From contig CAVNZM010000007.1 in NCBI GenBank assembly GCA_963693365.1, forward strand, positions 10,413,962 through 10,477,961: a stretch of DNA of 64,000 bases. Reading direction: 5' to 3'. This DNA is from Amoebidium appalachense (taxonomy: Eukaryota; Protista; Ichthyosporea). A model generated the notes under the pieces. The model did not search any database. It worked only from the letters and a program-made list of their open reading frames with translations, and was not told the origin of the DNA. Of this stretch, positions 1 through 14,564 are shown piece after piece (the stretch's first letter is position 1; every line of letters starts with the position of its first letter). Both the position numbers and the translations under genes were made by a program.

Positions 1-105
1 CTTTGCTACATGTGTGGGCATGGGTGTTTCAGCTGCGCACGTGTGTACGTGTGCGTGTGTGTGTTTGTGCATGCTTATTAACGTGGCTGTGCATGTGTAT
101 GCAGC

Positions 106-875
106 ACTGTCTGAGCTCCAAGAGCAGCGTGTTGAGGACAGTGTGCTAGTGCAGCCCGACAACTCCACCACCCACGACCTGCCCAGCTCCGTCAACACCC
201 AGCAGGTAGGCCTGATGTGTGCCTGCAGACACCAATTTCTTGGCTCTGTGCAGTGTTGCTGTGGTGTGTTCAAAACAAATGTGTGGGTCAGGCTGTTATC
301 TCTCCGGGCATCCTCTATGTTGTGGATACACATGTGCACGTGTGTTTGTGTGCCTCCTGCCTGTGTGCTCCCGTACGTGTCTGTAGTGCTATGCCTGTAT
401 CTTTGTGTGTGCTTGCCTCATGTGTGCCCTTGTGCTGGGATGAAGGTTGCTGACGGCCTGCCTGCCCGCAGGAGGAAGTAAGTGCTCGACTGAGATTACT
501 GCAGAATAACTTCAGCCTGGATGGCGATGTATGTGCACGTGTGTGTGTGTGTGCGTACATGCATGATATGAGCTACCCTGCATTTTGAGTGGGTGTGCTT
601 GAAAAGTGCCCATGTGTTGTGGTGATCCGACTATGGTTTGTGCTTCTGACAACGGGTTTTTACCTTGTCTATTCTTGGTGTTTATGGTTTCACCCTCTCC
701 TTTCCTCAGGTGCCTCTCTTCTGATTTATCTTCGTACTCACCAACTTTCTTCGCTGTTCTCCTGCACCCCTTCCCTGCTCTGATGTCCATATTATTTTGC
801 ACACACACACACACACACGTGCGCGCGCGCGCGCGTACACACACATACACACACACACACACACGCACACGCACA

Positions 876-928
<53 letters not shown>

Positions 929-2411
929 GCACGCATGCACACACACACACACACAAACACACACAGATGATACCCATGGAGGACATTCAGCAGATGATGG
1001 GGGCTATGGGCATGTCCAAGGAACAGCGCACGCTCACACCTCAGGTACCGTACCTGCACGCATGCAGTGGTCTGGCACGTACATGTGCTCATGGTTGCTG
1101 CACTAATGCTGCATGGTAGGGTGTTGGTAGACTGGCGCCCTGGTAGAGTACGTGTACATTTGGCCATGGGTAGTGCGGACGGTTGTAGTGCCGTGTTTAT
1201 GGATGGTGTGCTTGTGTGTGTGTGTGTGCTCGTGGTTGGTGAACGGGGGTCAAAAAGAAGAAGGGGGGAGGGGGGGGGGGGGGGGGGGGGGAGGGGATAG
1301 CAGGGGGGGCATGTTCTGACGGGGATGTGGTTGCAGGCAGCAGGGGGCCGGTCTGGTCTGGCGCCACCACGTGCAGGCAACGAGAGCCACAGCATGACTG
1401 ACCTGGATGCTTACAGGGTAGGTTGCATGCAGTGCGCTGCTTGGCCGTGTGGCCTTCCCCCTCCAATTATCTACCCTAGCCTCCCTCCCCTGCCTCCTCT
1501 CCTGTTTGCCATCTCTCCCCACTCCCCCCCAACCAAAAAAAAAAACAAAAAAACTACCTTCTAGTTGCCTGAATGGCCACATATCCTGACCTTTTTATCT
1601 GCATGGCCACATATCCTGACCTTTTTATCTGCATGGCCACATATCTTGACCTTTTTATCTGCATGGCCACATATCCTGACCTTTTATACTTCATGGCCAC
1701 ATATCCTGACCCAATAATACTGCAGGATAATCCCCGGCGGCAGCAGGCCGACCACCGCATGCAGATGGAGGCCAACCTGCTGCAGGAGATCGAGCTGATC
1801 CGTACGTGTACAGCCAAGCACGTGCACACGCACACACATCCATCCACATGCACCTGTGCACTCACACAGCCAACTATATGCACAATGATTGCACATGCAG
1901 TAACTATCCCTCCCACGTGCAGGCACACATGGTGCACACAGATGCATCCACATAAACACAGGTACACAGGCACCTGTATACACACACACACACACCTATC
2001 CCTCTCACATCTACCAAACCCACACATTCATTACCACCACCACCACCGCCGCCAACCATCACTAATTTTTTTTTGTGGCATCCCTTCTGCCACGGTACTC
2101 CCCTTCCCACCTGCCATGCACGGCACAATGTAAGCCATGCCCGTCTCGTCACTACAAGTGCTAATATGAACACACATTTGAATCACAGCCTACATTCATG
2201 CCCTAGTCATGTGTCTTGGCTACTGTATCTTCCGTGTGTATGCCCCATGCTCATTTAATAATTCTTTGCAGAGCGGCTGCTGGACAGCTACTTTAACATA
2301 GTGCGCAAGAGGGTGCAGGACAGTGTGCCCAAGGCCATCATGCTGCACATGGTCAACGCAGTCAAGGAGCACCTGCAGAGCACCCTGGTAAGTGAGCACG
2401 CACATGCACAT

Positions 2412-2448
<37 letters not shown>

Positions 2449-3358
2449 GAGAGAGAGAGATACTATGTGTGTGTGGCATGAGTGTGTGTGAGTGTGTGTG
2501 TGTGTGTGTGTTCGACATCCATCCTCTGATGATGTGTGCTGCGCCACATGCACCACTCTTTGGCAGTGTGTGCACCATGAAATGCCGACTTCAGTTGTAC
2601 ACATGCACGTGCTCGTTACCACGGACCTACCCGATGCATGTGCTTGTGCATGCACGTTGCTGTGCTGACACTGTGTGCAGGTGGCCAAACTCTACACCCC
2701 CGAGTCTGTGGAGACACTACTCCAGGAAAGCCCTCACATCGCAAAGCAGGTCCGTCCCCCCCCCCCCCCCCCCCCCCTCCCCCGCCTTCCCCCCCCTCAC
2801 ACACACGCACACACACCACCGCCACCACCATGCCGCTGCCACCGCCGCCGCGGCGGTGGCCGGCTAAAACAGCAACAGCACAAACACCATTCTAATTCCA
2901 GATTTTGTGTGGATTGTTTTAGTCGATGGGTGCTCACAACTACAAGGGGCCATGTGTGGTTGTTGAACACATTCTCTGTTTTGATAATGATTTTGGTTGT
3001 GTATGTACGGACTCCCCCTGCATGCAACGGTCGGTTCCATCACAGAGTATTGGTGGTGCGTTGTTCGGTTCGTCGATATCTTGCACTATTCCCACACAGA
3101 TACATGGACAAGTGGCAAGCACACTGAAACACTCACAATTTTGTACATTTATACCACATGCACATTCATGCACGCACACACGCAGACACACATACGCTCA
3201 CTCACTCACCCACCCACCCACCCACCCACCCACCCATCCACCCGCCCATCCACCCGCCCGCCCACCCCATTACCCACACACACATCCACACACACATGCG
3301 TGCGCGCGAGCACACACACACACACACACACACCTACCCGCCCACACACACCTACCCG

Positions 3359-3417
<59 letters not shown>

Positions 3418-3501
3418 CGCAAGGAGACCAAGGAAGTACTCGACACACTCAATCGGGCGGCATCCATTCTCAACACAATCAGCGACTCGGTGCAGCTGTG
3501 A
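106..3501 (+). CDS. Dynamin-family GTPase (Drp1/Vps1-like), 3' portion with variable region and GTPase effector domain (GED); 5' part lies upstream of the window
   Basis: Exons ~106-205, 472-528, 967-1044, 1337-1417, 1727-1801, 2272-2387, 2681-2748, 3418-3501 join in frame through GT-AG introns. The translation includes [78 protein letters not shown], a typical dynamin GED. Confidence 0.92.
1573..1711. repeat. 30-bp minisatellite, ~4.6 copies
   Basis: Unit ATGGCCACATATCCTGACCTTTTTATCTGC; ends ~15 nt before the acceptor at 1726. Confidence 0.95.
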
Positions 3502-4974
3502 GCCAACCATTGAGGTGGTTATAGATCGGTTTGCCGATTAGTGTAATCGACTGTGATCGAGTAGAAATTGCCGCGAATGTGTTCTTGCGTCCGAATATTA
3601 AAACCTTCAGTTTGTTTCTCTTAGATACAGAATCTGAGATTTCTTCCGTTGATTTCCTATTGTTTTTAGTCTGTTCCTTTTAAATTTCGTTTCTGTTCAG
3701 GCTCTTCCATTGCATTCCAAAGTTCCGGATTCGTTCCTGTTCTCTCAAATGTTGTGCAGTGGTTGATTGCAAGAGGTGGGGATGGTAGACTTGCTGCTAA
3801 TGAGAAGAGTGGGTAGGAAGCGCCCTAGCTACACAATTGAAGCAGTACACTGCACAGGCACTCATAAGCACACATCTACACTGTAGCCCTAGTAGCACTG
3901 TATGGCCACATGGCGCCACATGTGGACAAATTTTTTGACGTTGTATGAATTATCTTTCACACTGTCAGACCCGCGATTTATGTTCGCGTTTATTTCGTGT
4001 GTATGTGTGAGGCCCCGGCCGGCCCGGGGATGTAATCCGATATCGACGTCAAATATATGCATCGATATATACGTTGTCCTACACGTAAATCGAATAATAT
4101 TAGGCTCCAGATGTTCATGCAACCCACAATGTGCACATCATGTAGCTGTATTTAGTTGTACGTGTACACATGCATATGTACACGTGCGCACGCCCATGGC
4201 CATGTGTGTGTCGTGTCACGTGTGCACGGTATGTGTGTACGTGTGTGTGTATGTATCTTGGAGGCTAGAGCGGGCGTTTCCACGGCGATGGCGTACATGT
4301 GCAGGCGTCAGTGGCGACTTTGCATGTGCGTGTGTGTGTGTGTGTGTGCACGTCTGTGTTTTGTCTTCAGTTATTTTATGCAAAATTTTGCGGCTTTGAT
4401 TCTTCCGGTTTCAAATTTGACGGTTGCAATGGGTGTACATGTCAGTACGCGCACGTGTGTGGAGGTAGCGCTGGGCATGCACAGGGATCCTGCTTAGAGG
4501 CACCTAACCATGAAGTTCCAACGTTAACAACCCCTTCATCTCCTTCCTCACCAGTAGGTAACTGTTCAAAGCTTCATCATCGGCTCAGACACACCTCTAC
4601 AGGCGGGGGGGGGGGGGGGGGCGCAGCTCGGCCACGTGTGGCGCCTGTCAGTGCACTTAGTACCGTGCAGCAGGAGCACAGCATTAATTATTTGCCCATG
4701 GGCCTAATGGCCATACTTATTGGCCACGTGCTGGGGAAGGTGTGCCTGCACATGGCACGTGTGTTTGCCAAAAAAATCACCAGCTAACGTGTACAATATA
4801 TGCCACTTGTCAAATCCCTCAAAAGCAGCATTACATATGCTCCGTTACGTGAGCATGTGCTAGATATTCCTGATTACAATAGGCACACAACATAGTGCTC
4901 CTATGTTTGTTGCGCAGTATAAAGAACTTTGGCGCTGCTTAATATTGCGCACTCAATGTGTTCGGTAAGTGTGA

Positions 4975-5034
<60 letters not shown>

Positions 5035-5052
5035 GTGTGTGCGTGTGCGTGC

Positions 5053-5083
<31 letters not shown>

Positions 5084-5235
5084 TATGTGTGTGTGTGTGT
5101 GTGTGTTTGTTTGGCCCCTGTGATGTGCGAGTGTAAGTGCATGAGTTTGAAGTATGTTCTCAAGACTTAGTGCGACATGTTTGATATGTCTGTGCAAGTG
5201 CGTCAAGAGTGTTCATGCCACACAAGTCACGTGGC

Positions 5236-6388
5236 TTAGAAGTCCTCATCCATTGGCTCCAGGTCATCATCGTCCATAGCCACCTCCTGGCCCTGTGTCT
5301 CCACCTGCACCTGCTCTGCAACCACTGCTGGCGCTTGCACGGGGGCTGGGGCTGGGGCCGGGGCCGGGTCTGTGTCGGCCATTTGTGCCATGTCTTCGGC
5401 CTAGGCAGACAGTGCAGTGTGCGTGTGTGTGTGTGTGTGTGTGGTGTGTGTGTGTGTGTGTGTGTGTGCGTGTGTGTGTGCGTGTGTGTGTGTGTGCGTG
5501 TGTGTGTGTGTGCATGTGTGTGTGCGTGTGTGTGTGTGTGCGCGGCGGGGGGAGGGAGGGGGGGGGGGGTGTTAGTGTTTGGATTTAACAGGGGAGTCAT
5601 GCAAGACATTCAAAAAAGGTGGGAAAGAAACAGATGCACATAAGCAGGCAGGCCCACCTACACACAAGCACACACACACTCGAGACACACATCATGCCCT
5701 TGCTAGCCATGTGGGTGGATCACGTGTTCTCCCACATGGACACAAATATTAATCACTTAGAATTCTCTACTCATCTGTTGGACCTTATGCAGCCCCCCCC
5801 CCCCCCCCCCCCCCCCCCCCTTTCAGTCCCTCTCTCTCGACCAGCAGAGGTGGAGGAAGGAAAGCGGGTGATCTTGAGTGTATGCGAGGTGATCTTGAGT
5901 GTATGCATGTGTGCATCCATGTGTGCGTGCGTGTATAGAGGGGGGGGGGGGGGGGGGGGGGGGTGGGGGTGGGAATGCGGAACACGGTACGAAGTACGCA
6001 TACACGAAGGACAAATGCAAAGGCAAACATTCAAGTATGCAACATCAGCCATGCGCACAGCATGCGTCATAAGCAGAGCCCATCCTCAGGGAGGGCCCAA
6101 GTCACCAATTGCGTCTGAGTTTCGACCCCTTTGCCCGCGTATATACAACTATCCAACTCAGACAGCAGCATCAACTGAACTTGGGAGGGTCAACCCGTCT
6201 TGATCAAAGACGAGCAGGGTTGCTTATGCAAGCAAGGTGAGCAAAACGGTGAATATGTGTGTGCAAACTAATGCAGTGCAGCGGAAAATGAGTATGTGCT
6301 TACAAATGCACGACACAGAGCAACCATGCCCGGTTGCATGGAAGTAAAGCGGTCTCCACACAGTGGTCTGTCCTGAAAGGACACCTCT

Positions 6389-6419
<31 letters not shown>

Positions 6420-8271
6420 GCTATACACACCATCTTTGCCTTTGCAGCCGCCACGGCAGCAGCCAGCAGGTCGTCCACATCCTCCTCCACCTCCCTCCCT
6501 TGACACACACTCAGCATGCATGCACACGTATACTCCCAATCTCTTGGTGCATTCACTCAGTCCATCCAACCGTCACCCCCCTCAACTTTTTCTCTCTGCT
6601 CTGTGCTTTAAGTCCACTTACTGCCATCACAACCACATCCACTTTTGCACAACCCCCCCCCCCCCAAAAAAAAAAAAAAAAACACTTGGATTTGGACACA
6701 TTATTCCATCCTAGTTCCTCCTAGTTCGAATATATGCCTTCCCCAGCCTCTCGCCTGCCGTTGCCCCCCCCCCCCCCCCTCCCCCCCCCCTCCCCCCCCC
6801 CCCCCCCCCCCCCCCCACTTCTCCTCAACAATGCAAAGGGAGGAGAGACCATGCACACAAATAACCCCCCCCTCTCCCCCCCCCCCCCCCCTCCCCACCT
6901 CCACACACACATACACACACGCGCGCGCGCGCGCGCGCATGCACATACCTGGTCTTCCGAGCACCACAGGCCCCGTGTTCACCCTGCAACCCCTCAGTCA
7001 GCAATGCCCCCCACTGCATTCACCCTCACGCCACTGTGCCACGCACCAATCAAAGACCTGCAAACATTCACACCATCCTAGGCATGCAGCCCAACTACAC
7101 AAGAGTACAAACACATCATTCTTGAAGGTGTGGTCGACAATCTCTGTGACTTGGCCAACCTAAAAACATTTCCACACACAGTATTGTAAACAACCCCATT
7201 ATTGCTTGGTGTATAGGAACAGTGTGCGTTGGAATGGAGAAGTGGGTGGTGGTGGTAAGGTCGGGAAACCGCGGGCTGGGCGGGCGGGCGGGCGGCGGGG
7301 GGGGGGGGGGGGGGGGGGGAGGGTGTTGTTACGGCAATGGGGGAGGAGGAGGAGGCTGGAAGTCGTCTTTTGCCACACGGGCCCACTTGACGTCATCTGC
7401 AGGTGCGAGACAATCAGATGGGGCATGGACTAGTGCCCAGTTCAAGGTGGGTGTCCAAATATGGCATGGCAGCAGCCCACCATCATATGCACATACATAC
7501 AAACACACACATGAACCAACGACACACCAACCCACCTACCACTCATCCTTACACTCACTGTGGGTGAAGGGAAGATGTTGAACAGGAAGGATTACAGACA
7601 CACGCACGAATGCACGCATGCATGCACACGCACGAATGCATGCACACACACACACACACACACACAGAGCAAAAGCCCACAACCCATGTAGCCGAGAGTG
7701 TCACAAACGCAACTATGCAACCACCAGCACAGACAGATACACATGCCTGTACACTCGCACAATGCCCCGAAAGAGAGGGGGGGGGGGGGGGGGGGGGACC
7801 CCACGTACGCACCTTCGGTGGCACCCCGCAGCAGCACAAAGTCCCGACCGTTGAAGGGTCGACCTTGTCTCCAGTGCAGCTCGGGTAGGCCGGAGACTGG
7901 GGAGGAGGGGGGGGGGGGGGGGGGGGGGGGAGGGGCAGACAGAGGATGAATGGGTTGGAACGGGGGTGTGTGTGATGGAATGCAGAGGGGAGACTGGAGA
8001 GGAGAGATGTGGCATGAGCGATTAGACTTCGGGTTACGGGGTTGGTTGTAAGGGGATGGGGGGGGGGGAAGGGACACAGGGACAGAATGAAGAGCATGAG
8101 CAGTACTGAAAGCAGCAGCACGGAGATTACACTCACAGCCCATTGAGGAGGGGAGGTGGCCAGAGGATGAATCCATGGGAGGCTGGCACCATTACAATCA
8201 TCCCTACAGCACCCCACCATGTAGACATGCTACCCCCCCCCCCCCCCTCCATCAAACCACGCTAACCCTCA

Positions 8272-8309
<38 letters not shown>

Positions 8310-8326
8310 CAACCCATGCAGACAGA

Positions 8327-8363
<37 letters not shown>

Positions 8364-8557
8364 ACCCACCACCACCACCACCACCACCACCACTGCTAAC
8401 CCCCAACAGGCTAAAACACCCCACCACCAGTAGACACCACATCAAGAAAACACCATTGCACCATAACATAGGATTGATGCAACCACGGGGTATTCACATG
8501 CGACACAGCACCTAATTACACAACGACAAAGAATGATTCAACACGGGAGGAAGGGAG

Positions 8558-8603
<46 letters not shown>

Positions 8604-9365
8604 TGAATGCGTCAAAAAGTATGAAGTACACAAGAACAAACGGATAACACGATGCAGAATGCAAGCCATACATAAAGAGTATGCATAATAAGCAGAGCCC
8701 ATCCTCAGGGGGGGCCCACGTCATCCACAGTACCCGAGTTTCGACCTATTCCCCTCGTTAACGAAACCCAACTCAGATACTGTTTCACTGGGGGATACTT
8801 ACAGTCATCGGCGTTGATGCCGAGCATTTCTGGATAGTCACTCTGCAGGGCACATGCAGTGAGTGAGCGGGTGCACCAACCGTACACACGCAATGAATAG
8901 CAAAGGGAGGATCATGGCCATGCCGCACCCTCAAGAGGGCTCAAAAGCATGAGGCATTCACAGATCGTGCTAGCTATGGGGTGGGATGGTGTGAGGTGTA
9001 ACTAGTGGGAAAGGGATGTGTTAGAGATAGGAAGCAGTGGCAGTGATGCATAGGGGTGCCCTCACCAGCAGGATAGGCTTGCTGTGTTGCTGCAGGCTGC
9101 GCTGTGCATCCTTGGCATCTGCCCACGACACGATACCTGCACGTGCACACACATCAGCACACATGCTGCCCTCTGCCAACATAGACCCCCTCCATATGCC
9201 TAACCCAGCAACCCCCTTCCACACCTGCCCAGTCCACACCATTCCAACCATCTTCCCTCCTTCGACGTTTGTTCAAACCCCCCTCCCCCCTCCCCCTCCC
9301 TCCCCCCCGTTCCCCTTCATCACATAACCATCCATCTATCCTCCCCCCCCCCCCCCCCCCCCCCT

Positions 9366-9397
<32 letters not shown>

Positions 9398-10216
9398 CCC
9401 CCCCAAAAAAAACCCTCACGAAAAAAAATCTTTCAAGCCTTAACACACACTTTCTATAAACAACTCGCACCATTTCCTTATACACACTTCCTTTCCCTAT
9501 CCCCCCCCCCCCCCCCCCCCTCCCCCTCCCCCCCGTCCCCCCGGGGAGCCACCCCATCTATCCCCATCTCTCTTGTTGTCCCCCCACCTCCAGCCCAACC
9601 CCCCTCCTCCCCCATCCCCCCCATCCCCCCCTCCCCCCCCCAACAAAAAGAAAGAGGGAGAAAGAAAGAAAAAGACCTACAGCTGGAGTCGTTTATAGGC
9701 TCGACACTGGCTGGTGGGGGCACAGCCTGGACCCAGTAGTTCATGATGTCATCAGTGGTCCACCCGTCTGTGCCGTACATGTACACTGCATCGCCCTGCA
9801 CCACGGCATGCTCACTGGCCTCCCTGCGTGGCTCACTGAACAGGTCTGCCCCACCATATCCTGTCAGAATAAACAATACCAACAAACACCCCCTCCCCCT
9901 GCCCCTCCCCACTCCCTCATAGCCAAGCGTCTCCCCCTCCCCCCCCCCCCATCCCACCCACCCACCAACCAACCACCACCACCTTTGAGACCACCACCAC
10001 CAGCAACAGCAACCCAAGCCCATCGCCCTCATTCACGCCCCCTGCCCCCGCCCCCTCCCCTTCTCCCCCTCAAGACACACGCACACACCCCACCACTTCC
10101 CCCCCTTCCGTGTATCACAGATATGGCGCACCATTCCCGCCTACGTTGTTTACATCCAAAGCTACCAGAAGCAAAAAGGGAGGCCACAAAAGAGGAGCCC
10201 CAGCCACATAGGAAGG

Positions 10217-10268
<52 letters not shown>

Positions 10269-10709
10269 TACTTGGATCTCCGTAATCCTCAACCCTGCAA
10301 AGAAAAAAAAAAAAAAAAAAAAAAAAAAAACTGTGAGACCATGGACTCGACAACACCCCATGCTCAAAAGGAAAAGGAGAGACATATCACACCAGCAGAT
10401 ATCCTAGATGCTCCTGCACACACCAAAGACCTTTGCACTACACCCACACACGTCTCTCCGTGCACATGTTTCTATGTGTTCGTGTGTACCTGCACCTGTA
10501 CAATGCTTGTGTGTGTGTGTGTGTGTGTGTGTGTTGGGGGGGGGGGGGGGGGGGGGGGGGCCAGGGTATGCACTATGCCTATGCCCACACCTTGTACAGT
10601 AAGGTGTGTGCGTGTGGTGTGCGTCACGTGCATGCCCGTCTGCCTTGTGTGAAACCCAGGCAGGACAGCAGATGCATGGCCGTGAATGCACATACAGGGT
10701 CATAACCAG

Positions 10710-10748
<39 letters not shown>

Positions 10749-11084
10749 ACCACCACCACCACCACCACCACCTCCCCCTCCCCCCCTCCCCCTCCCCCCC
10801 GTTTTTTTCTTTTTCTTTTTGGCTTTTTTGACTCTGCCGCAAGCAGATAGAAGGGGGGTTATTCAAACTCACTCCATGCCCTGAGAGTTAAATTTGCGGG
10901 TCCGACCCCCGACCCGACCCGTAAAAGCATCTGGCACGCTGCCGGCATTCTGTGGAGGAAGATTAGTGGGTGGCAGAACATGGGCAAGGGGGGATGCAAC
11001 AGGAACACAGGCACGGGGTTAAGTCACGGGTGTGTGCGCGCATGTGCACTGTGTCTGAAATAACGTGCAGATGTAGGCACACCA

Positions 11085-11154
<70 letters not shown>

Positions 11155-12412
11155 ACTCGTGCAAGGTGTGTGGGTGTGTAGGTCTCTCTCTCTTTCTCTC
11201 TCTTTCTTTCCCCCCCACCCCTCCCTTCCCTCCCTCCTTCCCTTCTTCTCTCTCCCCCTTCCGCTTACTCGCTCTCCCTCTTGCATCCCTCCCCTCTCCC
11301 TCCTCTATTCCCCTCCTCCTCCTCATCAGTTTCTCCCTCCCTCCCTCTCCCCATCTCTCTCCCTCCCTCCCTCCCTCCCCTTCTCCCCCTCCTGCCCGCC
11401 ATCTCTCCCTTCCTCCATCTCTCCCACCTCCCTCCTCTTTCTCTCCCCCCCCCCCCCCCTCTCCCTCTCCCCTCCACCTCTCTTTCCCTGTCTGCCCGTG
11501 CACATGCACTGACCTGCTGTGGTGGTGCCTGGCCCAATCGCATGAGCACGCTGACACGGTCCTGGAGGGGGGGCAAATCCTCGCCCTGCCCCTCCTCATC
11601 CATGTGCCGCCTGCTGTCTCTTGCTCTGTCTCGGTGGCTGCGCTCCTCCCCCCTCCGCCTCTCACGTGCACGCTCACGCAGGTCAGCAACAGTCAGCCCC
11701 TTCTGCTTGGATAAGACACAGACTCAGCCTGCCTGGTAGCTGTCTTTGAAGTCTTGCGCAAAACACACAAACTATGCAAGTTTAAAGCTAGAAAAACGTG
11801 TATGGACAGAAGGGACGATGGGTAAAGGGAGCATGCCAGGTGTAGCGGCCAACAGGGTGGTGTGTGCTATGTGGTATGAGACGCTGCAAAGCCCAGCACG
11901 TCTGGTGCTCTTGCATGGGGGTAGGGGGGGGGGTGGGCACTCCATTTTTCTGTGACGTATGTGTGATGTGTGTGGATAGGGGAGCGCAGGGAGCAGGGAG
12001 AGGGGAAGGAGGAGGGGAAGGGGGGGGGGAAGGAAGGGGGTTGGATGGGGGATTAAGCGAGCATGTCTGTGTGTGTGTGTGTCATGCAGTGTGCATGTCA
12101 CACTCAGTGTGTGCACCCCCCCCCCCCCAAAACACGTGCACATGCACCCACCTTGCCACCGCCGACCCGGTCTCTCGTTCTGTTTGATCGGTTGTCCCGT
12201 CCATCCTGTGTAACCCAATGTCAACCCCACCCACATATGTGCCCATCACCACACACCCAATCAGACACATACATACACACACACTCTCTCTCTCCTCCTT
12301 CACCCTCCTCTCTCTCTCTCCCCTTCCCTCCCCCCCCCCCTCTCTCTCCCCCCTTAATCCCTCGCTCAATCCCTCCCTCGCTCCCCCCCCCCCCCCTCCC
12401 CCCCCTCCCCCC

Positions 12413-12443
<31 letters not shown>

Positions 12444-12608
12444 CTCTCATGCGCCTTTTCCTTTCTCCCACCACTCTCTTCGTTCGCTGTGTATACCCGA
12501 GGGTTCATCATTCAACCGAAGCCCTAGGCACCTGTGCAATAGGCAGAAAAAGATCCATGCAAGAGAGAAGGCCGAGAACGGGGGGGGGGTGGGTTGAGGT
12601 TTTGGGGC

Positions 12609-12640
<32 letters not shown>

Positions 12641-12822
12641 AGAAGCCACGGCAAGAGGCACACATAAGGGCGAACCAACAAACTAGCCAGGCATACAGTG
12701 TGCTGCCAGATAAAAGAAGGGGGACCGCAGGAGGTTTCTTTCTTCTTTTTTTTTTTTTTTAGGGGGGGGGGGAGGGGGGGGAGTTGATAAGGGGTGGATC
12801 TTTCAAAAGAAGAAGGGGGGAA

Positions 12823-12863
<41 letters not shown>

Positions 12864-14564
12864 GTGAAATGCAGAACAAGAACACAAAGAATATGAAAAC
12901 CGGGGAGAGAGGGCGAGGGGGGAGGGGGAGTTAAAGATATGCAGAACAACAACACAAAGAATATGCAAATAGGCAGAGCCCATTCTGGGGGGGGAGGGGG
13001 GGGTCTGGTAAATTGCGTGGGTGTGTGTGTGGGGGGGGGGGGGGGGGGGGGGGGGGTAGGGTACAGAGGGGGAAGGAAGTTCCAAATGGCATTATAAACG
13101 ACCTAAAATGGCCACCAATAACTCAAGCCAGGAGGTGCAAAGATTGTTTCAGGCACCCTGGCAGCCTTCTTTTGTGCCCCTACCTGCCGTCTGTCCCTGT
13201 CGTCCTCCCTGTCCTCCGTGTGCCTGCTCCTCCTACGGTCATCCCACATCTTCCTCTCCTCCTCCCTCCGCTGGTGCACCTCGTCATATGCCCCCTCTGC
13301 CTTGTAGAACCTATCGTCGTGCTGACTTTGCCTCCTCCCCGAATCCCTCTCGTCATTCCTGGACCTATCTCCCCCACGTCTCCTATCCCCTCTCCTATCA
13401 TCTCTATCTCTGTCCCTGTCTCCACCCCTGTCTCTGCCTCGGTCTCTGTCTGAACCTCTCCTCCTCTCATCACGCTCATCACGCCTTCCCAGTCTATCCT
13501 CCGTTATCCTGTTCTTTCTCCACTTCCCCTCGCTATCTTTTGGTGGTTCCTGGTTGTCCTGTTGCCTGTCTGTGTTTACTCTTGGGCCTAGCCTACTCCT
13601 AAGGTCCCCTTTGCCCACCGTCACCCCCCCGCCCATTCCCTCTCCCCCGTCGTCTTGGTCGTCAGCTTGCCGTGCCCCCAGGCGCACTCGCACACTGGGT
13701 TTTGCCCTGCAACCACACAGCAATAAGGCACTGGACAGGCATAAATAAACCTAAACCAAGAACCCATGAACATTTCGTTTCTCATGCATATCAGTCCTTG
13801 AAGCTCAGCCTCAACCAATGGTTTCATGCTGAAACATGGACACCAATTGTAATACATGTGCCAAGTACAATAATCTCTGCACACACCTGGCTGCTGCATT
13901 CTGCTGGTCATCGTCCGGCCTGTCCAGGTCACGGTATATCTTGCGTGGACGAGGAGCAAACCCACCACCACCGCGCATGGCGGCCAGCTGGTTGAAGGAG
14001 AAAAGGAAGGAGAAAGAGCAAGGAAGGAGGAAGGAAGGAATGGGAAGATGCTGTCAGGCTACAGGAAGACTCTGCAGAAGACGCCACTCAAAACAATAAC
14101 ATGGAGGCCATAGTTTGAGTTATCCCCGTTTTGCCTGGGCTTCATGATGTGGGAGAATGCAGGGAGGAGGGCAGGGTTGTGTGTGTGGAGGTAAAACGAA
14201 TAGAAGAGAGACGAGGGAAGAGAAGAGAGAGGGCGGGGGGGAAAAAAAGAAGAGGAAGGGTGGAGAAATGTAGGACCCATAGATCGGTAGATGATGTTGA
14301 GAGCACACAACAGAACAAAATGAGAGGAACAAAAGGGTAACCGTTACTAAAGGGTGACAACATGAAACAAGAAGACTTAGGTCAGGCATAGCAAAGAAGC
14401 ACAAAAAGCCCCCGTGTACCCCTTGCTTGATAGCTGAGCTTCGACCATGTAGCAAAGCCGCATGGAGTAGGACAATCAAATTCACACTCAGCATCCAGCA
14501 GCCCTTCCACAAACACCAAGTTTACCTCCTGGTCAAACAGATCTGCTTCGTCGTCCAGCATCAT
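5236..14564 (-). CDS. NCBP3: Nuclear cap-binding protein subunit 3 (C17orf85 family), about 14 exons
   Basis: Phase-consistent exons ~14564-14526 ([13 protein letters not shown]), 13987-13887, 13706-13184 (R/D-rich), 11702-11513, 10949-10874, 10294-10272, 9860-9681, 9136-9066, 8843-8804, 7896-7813, 7396-7333, 6984-6949, 6499-6432, 5400-5236 (stop TAA). The core [37 protein letters not shown] and HWRQG..LLRGATEDD match the NCBP3 RRM-like pattern. Confidence 0.8.
5973..6390 (-). mobile_element. Poly-C-associated retroelement, subfamily B, near-full ~420-nt monomer in an NCBP3 intron
   Basis: Closely similar to 19460-19855 (+) and 30811-31253 (-). G/C runs on both sides. Short internal deletion near the 3' end. 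Confidence 0.85.
8602..8789 (-). mobile_element. Poly-C-associated retroelement, subfamily A, 5'-truncated
   Basis: Reverse complement matches ~19023-19210. Ends GCATTCAAA followed by a long C run. Confidence 0.85.
12930..12988 (-). mobile_element. Degenerate fragment of the poly-C-associated family
   Basis: Reverse complement reads CCCCCAGAATGGGCTCTGCCTATTTGCATATTCTTTGTGT, resembling CCCTGAGGATGGGCTCTGCTTATTATGCATACTCTTTATGT. Confidence 0.45.

Noticed and set aside
12465-12530. Possible additional NCBP3 exon ([17 protein letters not shown])
   Set aside because: Phase is incompatible with the upstream donor; the flanking exons join in frame without it.
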